39,867 bases of DNA from a virus. Lineage: Duplodnaviria > Heunggongvirae > Uroviricota > Caudoviricetes. Position 1 is the first letter of the stretch, and each line of letters begins with the position of its first letter. Positions 28,829 to 39,504 of the stretch are shown in pieces. The stretch lies in the IMG/VR virus record IMGVR_UViG_2579778622_000004; one strand, 5' to 3'. Below the pieces are notes generated by a model. That model searched no databases and had not been told where the DNA came from. It saw only the letters and a program-made list of their open reading frames with translations. The translations under genes and the position numbers were made by a program.

Positions 28829-29830
28829 ATGTCAAAGAAAAACAGACCAACAATTGGGCGAACCCTTAATCCTTCAATATTAAGCGGATTTGATAGTTCT
28901 TCAGCCTCTGGCGATCGAATCGAGCAGGTATTCAAGTTATCAACTGGTCGCCAGGCCACATTTATCGAGGAGATAATTCCTCCGAACCAGGTAGAAAGCG
29001 ATACCTTTATTGATCAGCATAACAACGGGCGTGACCAGGCATCTCTTACGCCAAAATCATTAAAAAGTATCCGAAGCACTATTAAGCATCAGCAATTTTA
29101 CCCTGCAATAGGTGTTAGACGGGCTACAGGGAAAATTGAAATTTTGGATGGTTCCCGGCGTCGAGCTTCTGCCATCTTAGAGAACGTAGGGTTGCGGGTT
29201 TTAGTCACGGACCAGGAGATCAGCGTTCAGGAAGCGCAAAATTTAGCGAAAGACGTTCAGACAGCATTGCAGCACAGCATTCGAGAAATAGGTCTGCGTT
29301 TGATGCGAATGAAAAATGATGGGATGAGTCAGAAGGATATTGCAGCCAAAGAAGGACTGTCTCAGGCGAAGGTCACGCGTGCTCTCCAGGCAGCGAGTGC
29401 TCCGGAAGAATTAGTCGCCCTTTTCCCTGTGCAGTCGGAATTAACCTTTTCGGACTACAAAACGCTTTGTGCTGTTGGCGACGAAATGGGGAACAAGAAT
29501 TTAGAGTTTGATCAGCTTATTCAAAACATATCCCCGGAAATAAACGACATCTTATCCATTGAAGAAATGGCCGAAGATGAAGTTAAAAATAAAATCCTGC
29601 GCTTGATAACAAAGGAAGCCTCACTACTCACGGATAAAGGTTCTAAAGATAAGTCCGTAGTTACTGAATTATGGAAATTTGAGGACAAGGATCGCTTTGC
29701 AAGGAAGCGCGTGAAAGGCCGTGCATTTTCTTATGAGTTTAATCGACTTTCAAAAGAGCTACAGGAAGAACTCGACAGGATGATTGGGCATATCCTTAGA
29801 AAGAGCCTCGATAAAAAGCCGAAGCCTTAA
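28829..29830 (+). CDS. parB: Partition centromere-binding protein ParB
   Basis: 333 aa; ParB box GSRRRAS; length matches recalled P1 ParB. Confidence 0.9.
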   Translation: MSKKNRPTIGRTLNPSILSGFDSSSASGDRIEQVFKLSTGRQATFIEEIIPPNQVESDTFIDQHNNGRDQASLTPKSLKSIRSTIKHQQFYPAIGVRRATGKIEILDGSRRRASAILENVGLRVLVTDQEISVQEAQNLAKDVQTALQHSIREIGLRLMRMKNDGMSQKDIAAKEGLSQAKVTRALQAASAPEELVALFPVQSELTFSDYKTLCAVGDEMGNKNLEFDQLIQNISPEINDILSIEEMAEDEVKNKILRLITKEASLLTDKGSKDKSVVTELWKFEDKDRFARKRVKGRAFSYEFNRLSKELQEELDRMIGHILRKSLDKKPKP

Positions 29831-29834
29831 ACTT

Positions 29835-29925
29835 TCGCCATTCAAATTTCACTGTTAACCTACTGTTTTTAAAGTAAATCAATCTAAAATTTCAAGGTGA
29901 AATCGCCACGATTTCACCTTGGATT
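29835..29925. promoter_or_regulatory. parS-like centromere
   Basis: TCGCCA hexamers at 29835 and 29903, ATTTCAC heptamers at 29846 and 29911, inverted GTGAAAT at 29897, AT-rich spacer between. Confidence 0.7.
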
Positions 29926-30055
29926 TTACCTTCCTCCCCTACTCCCGAAAAAAATAAAAAAATTGCTTGTCACGAGAAAGTCAACAAGTGACTTTCAATA
30001 AAATCTCTTCCGAAAAGGGATTCACACAAGTGCCTTGTGTTTAAGGAAGAGTAAA

Positions 30056-31762
30056 TTGAGTAACTTACGCGAATACCAGAATCGTATTGCAGATATCGCA
30101 AAACGCTCTAAAGCTGTGCTTGGCTGGGCAAGCACTGCGCAGTTCGGTACTGATAACCAATTCATTAAAGATGATGCCGCGCGTGCCGCATCTATCCTTG
30201 AAGCTGCACGTAAAGACCCGGTTTTTGCGGGTATCTCTGATAATGCCACCGCTCAAATCGCTACAGCGTGGGCAAGTGCACTGGCTGACTACGCCGCAGC
30301 ACATAAATCTATGCCGCGTCCGGAAATTCTGGCCTCCTGCCACCAGACGCTGGAAAACTGCCTGATTGAGTCCACCCGCAATAGCATGGATGCCACTAAT
30401 AAAGCGATGCTGGAATCCGTCGCAGCAGAGATGATGAGCGTTTCTGACGGTGTTATGCGTCTGCCTTTATTCCTCGCGATGATCCTGCCTGTTCAGTTGG
30501 GGGCCGCTACCGCTGATGCGTGTACCTTCATTCCGGTTACGCGTGACCAGTCAGACATCTATGAAGTCTTTAACGTGGCAGGTTCCTCTTTTGGTTCTTA
30601 TGCTGCTGGTGATGTTCTGGACATGCAATCCGTCGGGGTGTACAGCCAGTTACGTCGCCGCTATGTGCTGGTGGCAAGCTCCGATGGCACCAGCAAAACC
30701 GCAACCTTCAAGATGGAAGACTTCGAAGGCCAGAATGTACCAATCCGAAAAGGTCGCACTAACATCTACGTTAACCGTATTAAGTCTGTTGTTGATAACG
30801 GTTCCGGCAGCCTACTTCACTCGTTTACTAATGCTGCTGGTGAGCAAATCACTGTTACCTGCTCTCTGAACTACAACATTGGTCAGATTGCCCTGTCGTT
30901 CTCCAAAGCGCCGGATAAAGGCACTGAGATCGCAATTGAGACGGAAATCAATATTGAAGCCGCTCCTGAGCTGATCCCGCTGATCAACCACGAAATGAAG
31001 AAATACACCCTGTTCCCAAGTCAGTTCGTTATCGCGGCTGAGCACACGGTACAGGCGGCGTATGAAGCACAGCGTGAATTTGGTCTGGACCTGGGTTCCC
31101 TACAGTTCCGCACCCTGAAGGAATACCTGTCTCATGAACAGGATATGCTGCGTCTTCGCATCATGATCTGGCGCACTCTTGCGACCGACACCTTTGACAT
31201 CGCTCTGCCGGTTAACCAGTCCTTTGATGTATGGGCAACCATCATTCGTGGCAAATTCCAGACTGTATATCGCGACATTATTGAGCGCGTTAAATCTTCT
31301 GGTGCGATGGGGATGTTTGCTGGTGCTGATGCAGCATCTTTCTTCAAACAGTTGCCGAAGGATTTCTTCCAGCCAGCCGAAGACTATATCCAGACTCCGT
31401 ATGTTCACTACATCGGTACCCTGTTCGGTAACGTGAAAGTGTACGAAGTACCTGCTGGTATTTGTAAGAACTTAACGACAGAGAACATTCAGTTCAGCTC
31501 GATGGATGTGCTGTGCTACGTCCGTGATGAAAATCCGGGTAAAGCAGGCTTTGTGACTGGTGATGCTGTCCCGGCTATCCCGTTCCAGCATCCGACCACT
31601 CCGGCGCTGGTCAACCGTACCACACTGTGGGGTTCGGCTATCAACGATATGCACCCACGCAACGGCGCTGATTACTTCACTCGTGTAACGCTGACAATGG
31701 CCAAAAAAGGCGGGCTTAACTTTATAAGCGGCGACACGATTGATGCCGGTGACTCTGAGTAA
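30056..31762 (+). CDS. Major capsid protein candidate with N-terminal helical pro-region
   Basis: TTG at 30056 with AAGGAAG RBS (track start 30035); about 150-aa Ala-rich helical N-terminus before beta-rich body. Confidence 0.45.
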   Translation: MSNLREYQNRIADIAKRSKAVLGWASTAQFGTDNQFIKDDAARAASILEAARKDPVFAGISDNATAQIATAWASALADYAAAHKSMPRPEILASCHQTLENCLIESTRNSMDATNKAMLESVAAEMMSVSDGVMRLPLFLAMILPVQLGAATADACTFIPVTRDQSDIYEVFNVAGSSFGSYAAGDVLDMQSVGVYSQLRRRYVLVASSDGTSKTATFKMEDFEGQNVPIRKGRTNIYVNRIKSVVDNGSGSLLHSFTNAAGEQITVTCSLNYNIGQIALSFSKAPDKGTEIAIETEINIEAAPELIPLINHEMKKYTLFPSQFVIAAEHTVQAAYEAQREFGLDLGSLQFRTLKEYLSHEQDMLRLRIMIWRTLATDTFDIALPVNQSFDVWATIIRGKFQTVYRDIIERVKSSGAMGMFAGADAASFFKQLPKDFFQPAEDYIQTPYVHYIGTLFGNVKVYEVPAGICKNLTTENIQFSSMDVLCYVRDENPGKAGFVTGDAVPAIPFQHPTTPALVNRTTLWGSAINDMHPRNGADYFTRVTLTMAKKGGLNFISGDTIDAGDSE

Positions 31763-31822
31763 TCAGGGGAAGTTCTCCGTTTAACATAGCGCCCCCGTGC
31801 GGGGCGCATAACAGGGAAAGTT

Positions 31823-33412
31823 ATGTCTCAATATTCAATTCAACAGTCATTAGGTAATGCATCCGGCGTCGCTGTTAGCCCGATCAATGCCGATGCGACG
31901 TTATCTACCGGTGTTGCATTAAATAGCAGCTTGTGGGCTGGTATTGGCGTATTTGCGCGTGGCAAGCCGTTTACTGTTCTTGCGGTTACTGAGTCCAATT
32001 ACGAAGATGTTCTCGGCGAACCGCTGAAGCCGTCTTCCGGCTCACAGTTCGAACCAATTCGCCATGTATACGAAGCTATTCAGCAAACGTCAGGTTATGT
32101 TGTTCGTGCTGTTCCGGATGATGCGAAGTTCCCGATTATTATGTTCGATGAATCAGGCGAACCGGCTTACAGTGCGTTGCCATACGGTTCTGAAATTGAA
32201 CTTGATAGCGGCGAAGCCTTTGCTATCTACGTTGATGATGGTGATCCGTGTATTTCACCTACCCGTGAGTTAACCATCGAAACGGCAACAGCGGACAGCG
32301 CAGGTAATGAACGCTTCCTCCTGAAACTGACCCAGACGACTTCGCTCGGCGTGGTAACGACCCTGGAGACACACACTGTGTCTTTGGCGGAAGAAGCAAA
32401 AGATGACATGGGCCGCTTGTGTTATCTGCCTACGGCTCTGGAAGCCCGTTCTAAATATCTGCGCGCGGTTGTTAATGAAGAGCTGATTTCGACGGCGAAA
32501 GTAACAAATAAAAAATCGCTGGCGTTCACTGGCGGTACCAACGGCGATCAGTCGAACATTTCCACTGCTGCTTACCTGCGTGCGGTGAAAGTGCTGAACA
32601 ATGCGCCGTACATGTACACCGCTGTTCTTGGCTTGGGCTGCTATGACAATGCGGCTATCACCGCATTAGGTAAAATCTGTGCAGATCGCCTGATTGATGG
32701 CTTCTTTGATGTCAAACCGACATTGACGTACACGGAAGCGATCTCTGCTGTTGAAGATACCGGTTTACTTGGTACCGATTATGTAAGCTGTGCTGTCTAT
32801 CACTACCCGTTCTCCTGCAAAGACAAATGGACCCAATCCCGTGTGGTCTTTGGTCTGTCTGGCGTGGCGTATGCGGCGAAAGCTCGTGGCGTCAAGAAAA
32901 ACTCTGATGTCGGCGGTTGGCATTACTCACCGGCTGGTGAAGAACGTGCCGTCATTGCTCGTGCGTCAATTCAACCGCTGTATCCGGAAGATACCCCGGA
33001 CGAAGAAGCAATGGTCAAGGGCCGTCTCAATAAAGTATCTGTTGGCACCTCTGGCCAGATGATCATCGACGATGCTTTAACTTGCTGCACGCAGGATAAC
33101 TATCTGCACTTCCAGCACGTCCCATCCCTGATGAATGCAATCAGCCGTTTCTTTGTCCAGTTAGCCCGACAGATGAAGCATAGCCCGGACGGTATTACTG
33201 CGGCTGGCCTGACTAAAGGGATGACCAAACTTTTAGATCGCTTTGTCGCCTCCGGCGCTCTGGTGGCTCCTCGTGATCCTGATGCTGACGGTACAGAACC
33301 GTATGTGCTGAAAGTTACGCAGGCGGAATTCGATAAATGGGAAGTAGTCTGGGCTTGCTGCCCGACTGGCGTAGCCCGTCGTATCCAGGGCGTACCGCTG
33401 CTTATTAAGTAA
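31823..33412 (+). CDS. Tail sheath protein candidate
   Basis: 529 aa, upstream of tube-like genes; assignment by size and synteny only. Confidence 0.4.
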   Translation: MSQYSIQQSLGNASGVAVSPINADATLSTGVALNSSLWAGIGVFARGKPFTVLAVTESNYEDVLGEPLKPSSGSQFEPIRHVYEAIQQTSGYVVRAVPDDAKFPIIMFDESGEPAYSALPYGSEIELDSGEAFAIYVDDGDPCISPTRELTIETATADSAGNERFLLKLTQTTSLGVVTTLETHTVSLAEEAKDDMGRLCYLPTALEARSKYLRAVVNEELISTAKVTNKKSLAFTGGTNGDQSNISTAAYLRAVKVLNNAPYMYTAVLGLGCYDNAAITALGKICADRLIDGFFDVKPTLTYTEAISAVEDTGLLGTDYVSCAVYHYPFSCKDKWTQSRVVFGLSGVAYAAKARGVKKNSDVGGWHYSPAGEERAVIARASIQPLYPEDTPDEEAMVKGRLNKVSVGTSGQMIIDDALTCCTQDNYLHFQHVPSLMNAISRFFVQLARQMKHSPDGITAAGLTKGMTKLLDRFVASGALVAPRDPDADGTEPYVLKVTQAEFDKWEVVWACCPTGVARRIQGVPLLIK

Positions 33413-33421
33413 GGGAATACA

Positions 33422-34237
33422 ATGAGCAAAAACTTTTTTCAATCCGGGGCATTTTTGGGGAATGGACTGTCTCGTTTCGCTTTGAACTCTGATCCTGTGC
33501 AGCTGATGGAGTCTGCCAGAGCAAGCGCCGAACCGCCAACAGATCCGGTTATTAATAATAATCCGGAACCGGCGGCACAGACTAACGATAACGTTCCATC
33601 TGCCCCGGCTCCTGAGCAAATCCTGGAAGGGAAAGACGGTAAAGAATGGACCGTCGAACAGGCGCACCAGATGATTCTGGAAGCTGCAAATCGAAGTGCT
33701 ATGCAGAATGCGTTGAGTGATGCGGCCGACGCCGTTTTCGCCTGGGCTGATAGCGGTGATCTGACTTTCGACTCCCTTGATGGTTTCGTTCAGGCTATCG
33801 CTGGTATCTCTGATGACGACGACTCCGAAGTTACAGAAGAACAGGACGATGCCTATAACGAAGCATGGGCAAATGTTGCTGACTTCCTCGCAGCATGCGG
33901 TGTAGATGATGACCTGATCGAAGCACTGGCTGACGATGAAGACGACGACGCAGCTGCTGATGTTGGTGCCTCTATCGCTGGTTTAGATAGCGACGACCGT
34001 GACGAACTGGAAGCGGCGTTTGTTGTTGCTGGCACTTCTGATGAAATGCTGACTGAAGCATTTAAGAAGGTTGTTCGTAATGGTGAGATCAAACTCATCC
34101 GTAAACGCCTGCGTAAAAAACGTCTGACTGCGGCTCAAAAATCGGCGCTGAAAAAAGCGCGTCGAAAAGCCCAGACCGGCGCGGCAAAACTTGCCCGCAA
34201 AAAGTCAATGAAACTGCGCCGTAAGCGCCTTGGCTAA
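33422..34237 (+). CDS. Hypothetical virion-module protein: acidic body with Lys/Arg-rich C-terminal tail
   Basis: DDDDSEVTEEQDD... then KLIRKRLRKKRLTAAQKSALKKARRKAQ. Confidence 0.5.
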   Translation: MSKNFFQSGAFLGNGLSRFALNSDPVQLMESARASAEPPTDPVINNNPEPAAQTNDNVPSAPAPEQILEGKDGKEWTVEQAHQMILEAANRSAMQNALSDAADAVFAWADSGDLTFDSLDGFVQAIAGISDDDDSEVTEEQDDAYNEAWANVADFLAACGVDDDLIEALADDEDDDAAADVGASIAGLDSDDRDELEAAFVVAGTSDEMLTEAFKKVVRNGEIKLIRKRLRKKRLTAAQKSALKKARRKAQTGAAKLARKKSMKLRRKRLG

Positions 34238-34272
34238 AGGAGGAGGCCGGAGAACTCCGGCCTTTAACTTGA

Positions 34273-34854
34273 ATGGCACCTATACCTTATGGGGTTTACA
34301 GCCAGGCTGACGGTGTATCGCCATTTCTGAAAGTTACTTTAACGAACTCTCAGTACCAGGTTACCGGATATATCAGCCAGGGGGCAGCAATGAACATGGC
34401 CCAGAATTGGGAAGCGCCGTTTACCGGTATGTCCATGGGGTCTGTTGCTGGTGCTTTCAGTGGTTTTGCGCAGGTTGGTACTGAAACAACGTCGGTGGCC
34501 CGTTGGAACAGCTTAATGGTTTGGGAGGGGGGAACACCGCCGACTTTCACGCTGCCAGTAACTTTCATCGCTTTGTTTGACCCATTCACGGAGGTTTCAG
34601 GAGCTATCGCCGCATTGTCAGCGATGATTAGCCCGGAACTTAAAGATGCCAGCATTGGTGGTCGAATCCCGGAGCGTGTGACGCTAAACATTGGTCGCCG
34701 GATCAACATCATTGATGTCGCCATCCAGGACTTAAGTTTTGATCTCGATGCGCCAAGGGACAGTAATGGATATTTCCTGAAAAACACCGTCAACCTCCAG
34801 TTGACCGGTTCTTCGATATATAACAGCTCCGATATTGTTCGGGCGTTCCAGTAA
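34273..34854 (+). CDS. Tail tube-family or tube-associated protein candidate
   Basis: 193 aa between sheath candidate and tube gene. Confidence 0.35.
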   Translation: MAPIPYGVYSQADGVSPFLKVTLTNSQYQVTGYISQGAAMNMAQNWEAPFTGMSMGSVAGAFSGFAQVGTETTSVARWNSLMVWEGGTPPTFTLPVTFIALFDPFTEVSGAIAALSAMISPELKDASIGGRIPERVTLNIGRRINIIDVAIQDLSFDLDAPRDSNGYFLKNTVNLQLTGSSIYNSSDIVRAFQ

Positions 34855-34865
34855 AAGGATTTTAT

Positions 34866-35375
34866 ATGGGGCACAATAACACTAAGGGAAACCGTAAATT
34901 TATTAAGGGCCGCTATACTGCCAACGCGGCCAAAGGCGAACGACTGGTATCTTCTGAATTCCAGCTCACTTTTGCAGGCCATGAAGATATCAGCGTACTG
35001 GTTCGCACGTCGCAAATTCCTGAAATGACCCGCGAGGATGTGGAGGACTATGGTCCGAATGGTGTGAAGTTCAACCAGCACGGACCAATTCGAAACTCTG
35101 GGGAAATCCAGGTCCAGTGCGTGGAGACTATCGAAGGCGATATTCTTCAGTTCATCAAGGATCGCATTGCGGCGAAGGACTATGTTGATATCACGATGGC
35201 TGCTACCCCTGAATCCAAATCTTCCGGGGTTAACGCTGTGACAAAAGCTGCTACAACAATTGAAATGTTGGACTGCAAAATCTACAGTGATGCAATCGAC
35301 TTTAGTACCGAAGATGTGACTGCTGCTGTGCGCCCGTCACTTCGTATCGTCTACAACTGGATTGAGTGGGATTAA
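34866..35375 (+). CDS. Tail tube protein candidate
   Basis: 169 aa; C-terminus RPSLRIVYNWIEWD resembles conserved tube C-terminal segment. Confidence 0.5.
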   Translation: MGHNNTKGNRKFIKGRYTANAAKGERLVSSEFQLTFAGHEDISVLVRTSQIPEMTREDVEDYGPNGVKFNQHGPIRNSGEIQVQCVETIEGDILQFIKDRIAAKDYVDITMAATPESKSSGVNAVTKAATTIEMLDCKIYSDAIDFSTEDVTAAVRPSLRIVYNWIEWD

Positions 35376-35394
35376 GAGTCATCCCTTGTATTTT

Positions 35395-35418
35395 AAAGCT
35401 CCTTCGGGAGCTTTTTTT
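35395..35418 (+). terminator. Rho-independent terminator
   Basis: AAAGCTCC ttcg GGAGCTTT followed by T-run. Confidence 0.75.
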
Positions 35419-35546
35419 ATAACTATTTTATATAAACATGCATCGATAACATTGTCTGGAGTTTTATGTTAGATTATTAATGTTCTAATAAACTACAATT
35501 ATTGAGGTAGATGTTTGTGCCTGTACTGTTAAAGGGGGACTCTAAA

Positions 35547-36143
35547 ATGGCTGTGATTCCAATGTCGTACTCCCCGGGTACTGTCGCTCGTCGATTTTCG
35601 ATCCTGGACGGAGTTACCATCCAGGGTGTGCTTTACCAGGTTATATGGGATTCCAAAACCCCATTTGCAGCTGTAATAGAGGCTGCGCCTTCTATTATCG
35701 ATGGTGATATGCGCCATAAGGTTGTCGCTACTCTTGAACTTCAACGTCGCCCGCAGCTTGAAGGCGTACTGGTAAGGAAGTTCTGGGAGGATAGCGATGT
35801 TGCCCAGATTGAAGGTATCGTGGTTGATGGAACCGTCCGGGATGTCGGTTTAGCTACTTTTGTTTACGAAACCGTAGCCTCAAAAGCTGGTGTTGTTTTG
35901 CTCAGTGATAATGAGCAATACGAAGGTGGAAAAGCTCTTTGGCAACACATCGCCCGTCGCTCTTCCGAGCTAAAAGTGTTTATCCTTGACACCGATGCCG
36001 CTCAGTATTACCCGTTTGACGGCGAACGTGTTTGCTATGACGGGGTAAGTATTCCTGAATCCGAGATATGGAGTGAACACCCAGATCGAAGTAAGCATGG
36101 GGTTGTTCTGGTCGCTGAATCCATAATTGGAAATGCGGCATAG
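35547..36143 (+). CDS. Hypothetical protein
   Basis: ATG at 35547 with AAGGGGGA RBS (track start 35511). Confidence 0.45.
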   Translation: MAVIPMSYSPGTVARRFSILDGVTIQGVLYQVIWDSKTPFAAVIEAAPSIIDGDMRHKVVATLELQRRPQLEGVLVRKFWEDSDVAQIEGIVVDGTVRDVGLATFVYETVASKAGVVLLSDNEQYEGGKALWQHIARRSSELKVFILDTDAAQYYPFDGERVCYDGVSIPESEIWSEHPDRSKHGVVLVAESIIGNAA

Positions 36144-36325
36144 CAGTAAAAAATTCCTTGCTCCTTAAAAGGGGAGAGGGTTAATCTACGTATGCTAAGC
36201 ATAGATATGGCCTCAGATTAATGTTAAGCGTCTTGCAGGACGCGTAATGTTATCTGGGGCTTTCTTCTATCTGCTTTTCGGGTAATGCCTGAAGCAGATA
36301 GCCTCAAGCACCCGCAACGATTGTA

Positions 36326-36568
36326 TCAATGTCTGGCTTTTTTTCTATAGAAATCACCTGGAAGGGTGAATATCCACATCAGAAGAAATGTTGCAGCAAA
36401 CATGATCCCTAATGGCCAGACCGCGCCAAAGAAAATCCATTCTAAGATCTCCTCTGCTTGTTCTTTGCGGTCGATATCGACAAGCATTTTTCGGCTGATC
36501 ATGTATACACAGAAGCCAATACAAACATATTCTGCAAAAGCGATCGCTAACTGTAAAAAATCAGATTG
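36326..36568 (-). CDS. Small membrane protein (two predicted TM segments)
   Basis: Start MQSDFLQ at 36568 with GAGGTCGGAG RBS avoids overlap with repL; half-operator ATTAGAGCAAT at 36608..36618. Confidence 0.35.
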   Translation of the reverse strand, partial: QSDFLQLAIAFAEYVCIGFCVYMISRKMLVDIDRKEQAEEILEWIFFGAVWPLGIMFAATFLLMWIFTLPGDFYRKKARH

Positions 36569-36621
36569 CATCTCCGACCTCAAACTGAAAACGCCAGGTG
36601 ACTCCAGATTAGAGCAATCTA

Positions 36622-37467
36622 TCACCCTCTGAATCCTGCCGGTATACCCCATTGTTCGTTATCTTTATTTTTGGCTAAAACCGCATTAAGAGCTTCGTTT
36701 ACCGTCATGCAATGCGGCAAATTATCGAAGTTTGATCCCCCGCCAATATCAGGAGAACGCTTGTTCTTCAGGTAAGCATATTTCCGCGCTGCCGCCTCTA
36801 CTTTCTGCTTGAACTCATGTTTTTGAGCGCGCTTTTTGGATAACCGCAGATTGTCAGCCTTTGCTTTTGCCTCAGCGATCCATGAAGTCAATTTTTTGAG
36901 TCTGCTCGTTCCGGCACCGCCGGAAACTGATCTTTTTGTTTTTTTAACTTGTGACTTCTTATTCTTTATTGCCACGTCATCCTGACAGGGGGAGGGGGTA
37001 TCATTTTGACATGGGGGTGTGGATAAAAAATTAAATAAAGCCAATGTCTTAGCGAGAACAGCTTTAACCTTGGTTGCCGCTGAAGAGATCTTTAATTTGC
37101 TTTCAATCAGCGCATTTTTGGCTTGTTGTGCGAAGGCCAAAAAGGATGGCGTAAACCGGTACAGGTTAGCGCGACGTTCACGGTGATCGCCGATAACAAT
37201 CTCTACAGACAGAATTCCTTTGTTTACAGCTTCACGGAATGCACGAACGACGGTTGATTGGCTATAACCAGTTTCTGCCGCGATCAGGCGGTGAGGCTTG
37301 TGAATGAAGTATTCACTGGTTGTTGCCGCGAGATTTGCACATTGCGACAGGATATGCCCGGCGCTACGGGATAGACCGGAGTATGTTACAAAGCAGGCCA
37401 ATTCATAGCCAGAAAAAGTAAAATCGCTCATCGTTATACAGCTCAGGAAAGTGACTTTAGCCAGCAT
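36622..37467 (-). CDS. repL: RepL-like lytic replication protein (by size and position after kilA)
   Basis: 281 aa immediately downstream of KilA-N gene in same operon; helix-turn-helix-like segment YSQSTVVRAFREAVNKGIL. Confidence 0.5.
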   Translation of the reverse strand: MLAKVTFLSCITMSDFTFSGYELACFVTYSGLSRSAGHILSQCANLAATTSEYFIHKPHRLIAAETGYSQSTVVRAFREAVNKGILSVEIVIGDHRERRANLYRFTPSFLAFAQQAKNALIESKLKISSAATKVKAVLAKTLALFNFLSTPPCQNDTPSPCQDDVAIKNKKSQVKKTKRSVSGGAGTSRLKKLTSWIAEAKAKADNLRLSKKRAQKHEFKQKVEAAARKYAYLKNKRSPDIGGGSNFDNLPHCMTVNEALNAVLAKNKDNEQWGIPAGFRG

Positions 37468-37496
37468 TACAATGCTGGTGGTTCTTACTACGTCTG

Positions 37497-38297
37497 TTAG
37501 CGCGTTGCCGCGACAGGTACCAGCACACCAGCATCAAGCAATCGCTTCATCAGCCACTGCTGACCTTTGCCGGTTATACGAGTCGTGAAAGAAATCCTGC
37601 TTCCATTGCTTGTATCGATCACGGTTTCTTTAAGGGTGAAATACCCACGGGATATGTATTCTTGTTTGGGGACGTTCCTGCGTTCACCGGTTGCGATCAG
37701 AATTCCGTTATCACGCAACCAGGTGAAGAGATAGTTTTGGCCCAGGCCGAGCACTTTGGCATAGTTGCCGATTAGAACCCCGCTGGCGGTAGCAACGCGT
37801 TCGGCGAATTCGACTTTAGGTGCATCCATAAGCATTTTTTGCTCCAGCCGTTGCTTTTGCTCTGCCAGGTCGGCAGCCAAACGGAGAGCTTCAGGGAGAC
37901 TCTGCGGAATAGCAGGTTGTAATCTTCCAGCTCGATAGTCGATAAATGTCTGGTTTACCTTCAGCCGAAACGCGGGAGAAATCCAGCCTGCGTACTCCAC
38001 AGCGAGCAATTCATGGGCAAAAGTGCCGCCGCCACGGCCTTCGAACGAAACTATGCAATTCTGCATAGTTTCTTTTTCAAGCTCTTCGATGAGCTGTTTG
38101 GCTGACAGCGTTCTTAGCCATTGAGCTGGCGCTTTATGGGCACCGAGTCCGCTCGCTCTGTGTAGAGCATTAAGGTTGTAACGGCCAGCGCGGTCGGTCG
38201 TAATTTCAACACCACAAATAACAGGCAGAGTGGTTGAAGGATCGACATTTTGATGAAGGTTTGATATATTCATATCCGCATTGAATGTTTGTTGCAT
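37497..38297 (-). CDS. kilA: KilA-N + KilAC domain protein
   Basis: 266 aa; N-terminal KilA-N (APSES-like) region, C-terminal KilAC region paralogous to Ant C-terminus. Confidence 0.65.
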   Translation of the reverse strand: MQQTFNADMNISNLHQNVDPSTTLPVICGVEITTDRAGRYNLNALHRASGLGAHKAPAQWLRTLSAKQLIEELEKETMQNCIVSFEGRGGGTFAHELLAVEYAGWISPAFRLKVNQTFIDYRAGRLQPAIPQSLPEALRLAADLAEQKQRLEQKMLMDAPKVEFAERVATASGVLIGNYAKVLGLGQNYLFTWLRDNGILIATGERRNVPKQEYISRGYFTLKETVIDTSNGSRISFTTRITGKGQQWLMKRLLDAGVLVPVAATR

Positions 38298-38366
38298 TTT
38301 TTCTCCAAATTTGCATCAACCTTCAATCACCAGCTCGAAATGGTGATTCTTTGCACTTAGAAAACG

Positions 38367-38383
38367 AAATTTATTAGAGCAAA
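38367..38383 (-). promoter_or_regulatory. C1-type operator (16/17) upstream of kilA-repL operon
   Basis: Reverse complement ATTTGCTCTAATAAATT; about 70 nt upstream of kilA start. Confidence 0.6.
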
Positions 38384-38460
38384 TTTTTCTGACTCGATCC
38401 AGATCGGGTTGGTCGATCTGCTCAGAAACCTGCCAGTTTGCTGGCAGGTTTTTTCTTTTG

Positions 38461-39504
38461 TTAACCTATTGCTACTGGTTTTAACAAACCAGCATCAAGT
38501 AGCTTGCGAGTTAACCACTGCTGGCCTTTACCCGTTAATTGGGGCGTCAGCCGTATCTGGTAGCCATTTTCATCATCCAGCACCACTTCTTTCACCGTGA
38601 AATATCCGGCGTTAATGTACTGCTGGCGCGGTACGTTTTTGCGCGCACCAAAAGCCATGAGAATGCCGTTCTGGCGCAACCATGAGAAAAGGGCGTTTTG
38701 CTTAAGTCCAACGACCTTTGCAAAGTTCCCGATCAGGATTCCATTAGCCACTGATACCCGGTCGGCAAAATCGACTTTAGGGGCTGCGGCCACCAGCTGT
38801 TGTTCCAGCTGCAATTTCTGTTCTGCCAACTCGGCAGCCAGGCGTAGGGCTTCTGGTAATGTTTGGGGGATCGATGGGGTAGGGGAGTTTGCCTGCTGCA
38901 ATTCTTCCAGTTTGTCGATCAGCGAACGGCGGACCGCTTTCGATTCGCGCGCGGCGACTCGCAGGGCTTGTTTGTAGGTCATGGTTATGACAACCATAGG
39001 CGTACCGCCACCTGGCGGCACGGTTGCACTTTTTGTGTAACCGTCCTCACCTTCTAATTCGTCGAGTATTTTTTCGATGAATTTGTTGTTCCGAACCTCT
39101 GGTTCCCCACATAACTTACGCGCTTCATTGACCATCTTTAACAGTGTCAGGCTGTCGATTGTGTCTCCGGTGGTGGGGATGACATTCACGGCTGGTGCTG
39201 GCGTTGCTGAAGCAACAGGTGCTGGTTTTTTAACATTCAAATTATTACTGGTCATTCTATGTGCCTCCTTTCTCATTTCTGCTGCCACCGTTGCGTAACG
39301 TAGACGTCCTTGTTCAATCAAATAATCCCTGATCTCGGCTATCAGTAGCCTGTTGATCACAGCCTTATCTGTTCGGGTATAAAAACGCCTGGTTATCATG
39401 AAATAGTTGGCAATTGCGCCGGGGATCTCCCGTGTCGGTATACAGGCAGTATGCAGGGCGATCGCTTCGGCTATGTCATTACGGGTGACGAGAGGTTTTT
39501 TCAT
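38461..39504 (-). CDS. ant1: Antirepressor Ant (KilAC C-terminal domain); shorter in-frame product from an internal start possible
   Basis: 347 aa; AGGGGGG RBS inside upstream ORF; C-terminal domain shared with kilA product. Confidence 0.65.
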   Translation of the reverse strand: MKKPLVTRNDIAEAIALHTACIPTREIPGAIANYFMITRRFYTRTDKAVINRLLIAEIRDYLIEQGRLRYATVAAEMRKEAHRMTSNNLNVKKPAPVASATPAPAVNVIPTTGDTIDSLTLLKMVNEARKLCGEPEVRNNKFIEKILDELEGEDGYTKSATVPPGGGTPMVVITMTYKQALRVAARESKAVRRSLIDKLEELQQANSPTPSIPQTLPEALRLAAELAEQKLQLEQQLVAAAPKVDFADRVSVANGILIGNFAKVVGLKQNALFSWLRQNGILMAFGARKNVPRQQYINAGYFTVKEVVLDDENGYQIRLTPQLTGKGQQWLTRKLLDAGLLKPVAIG

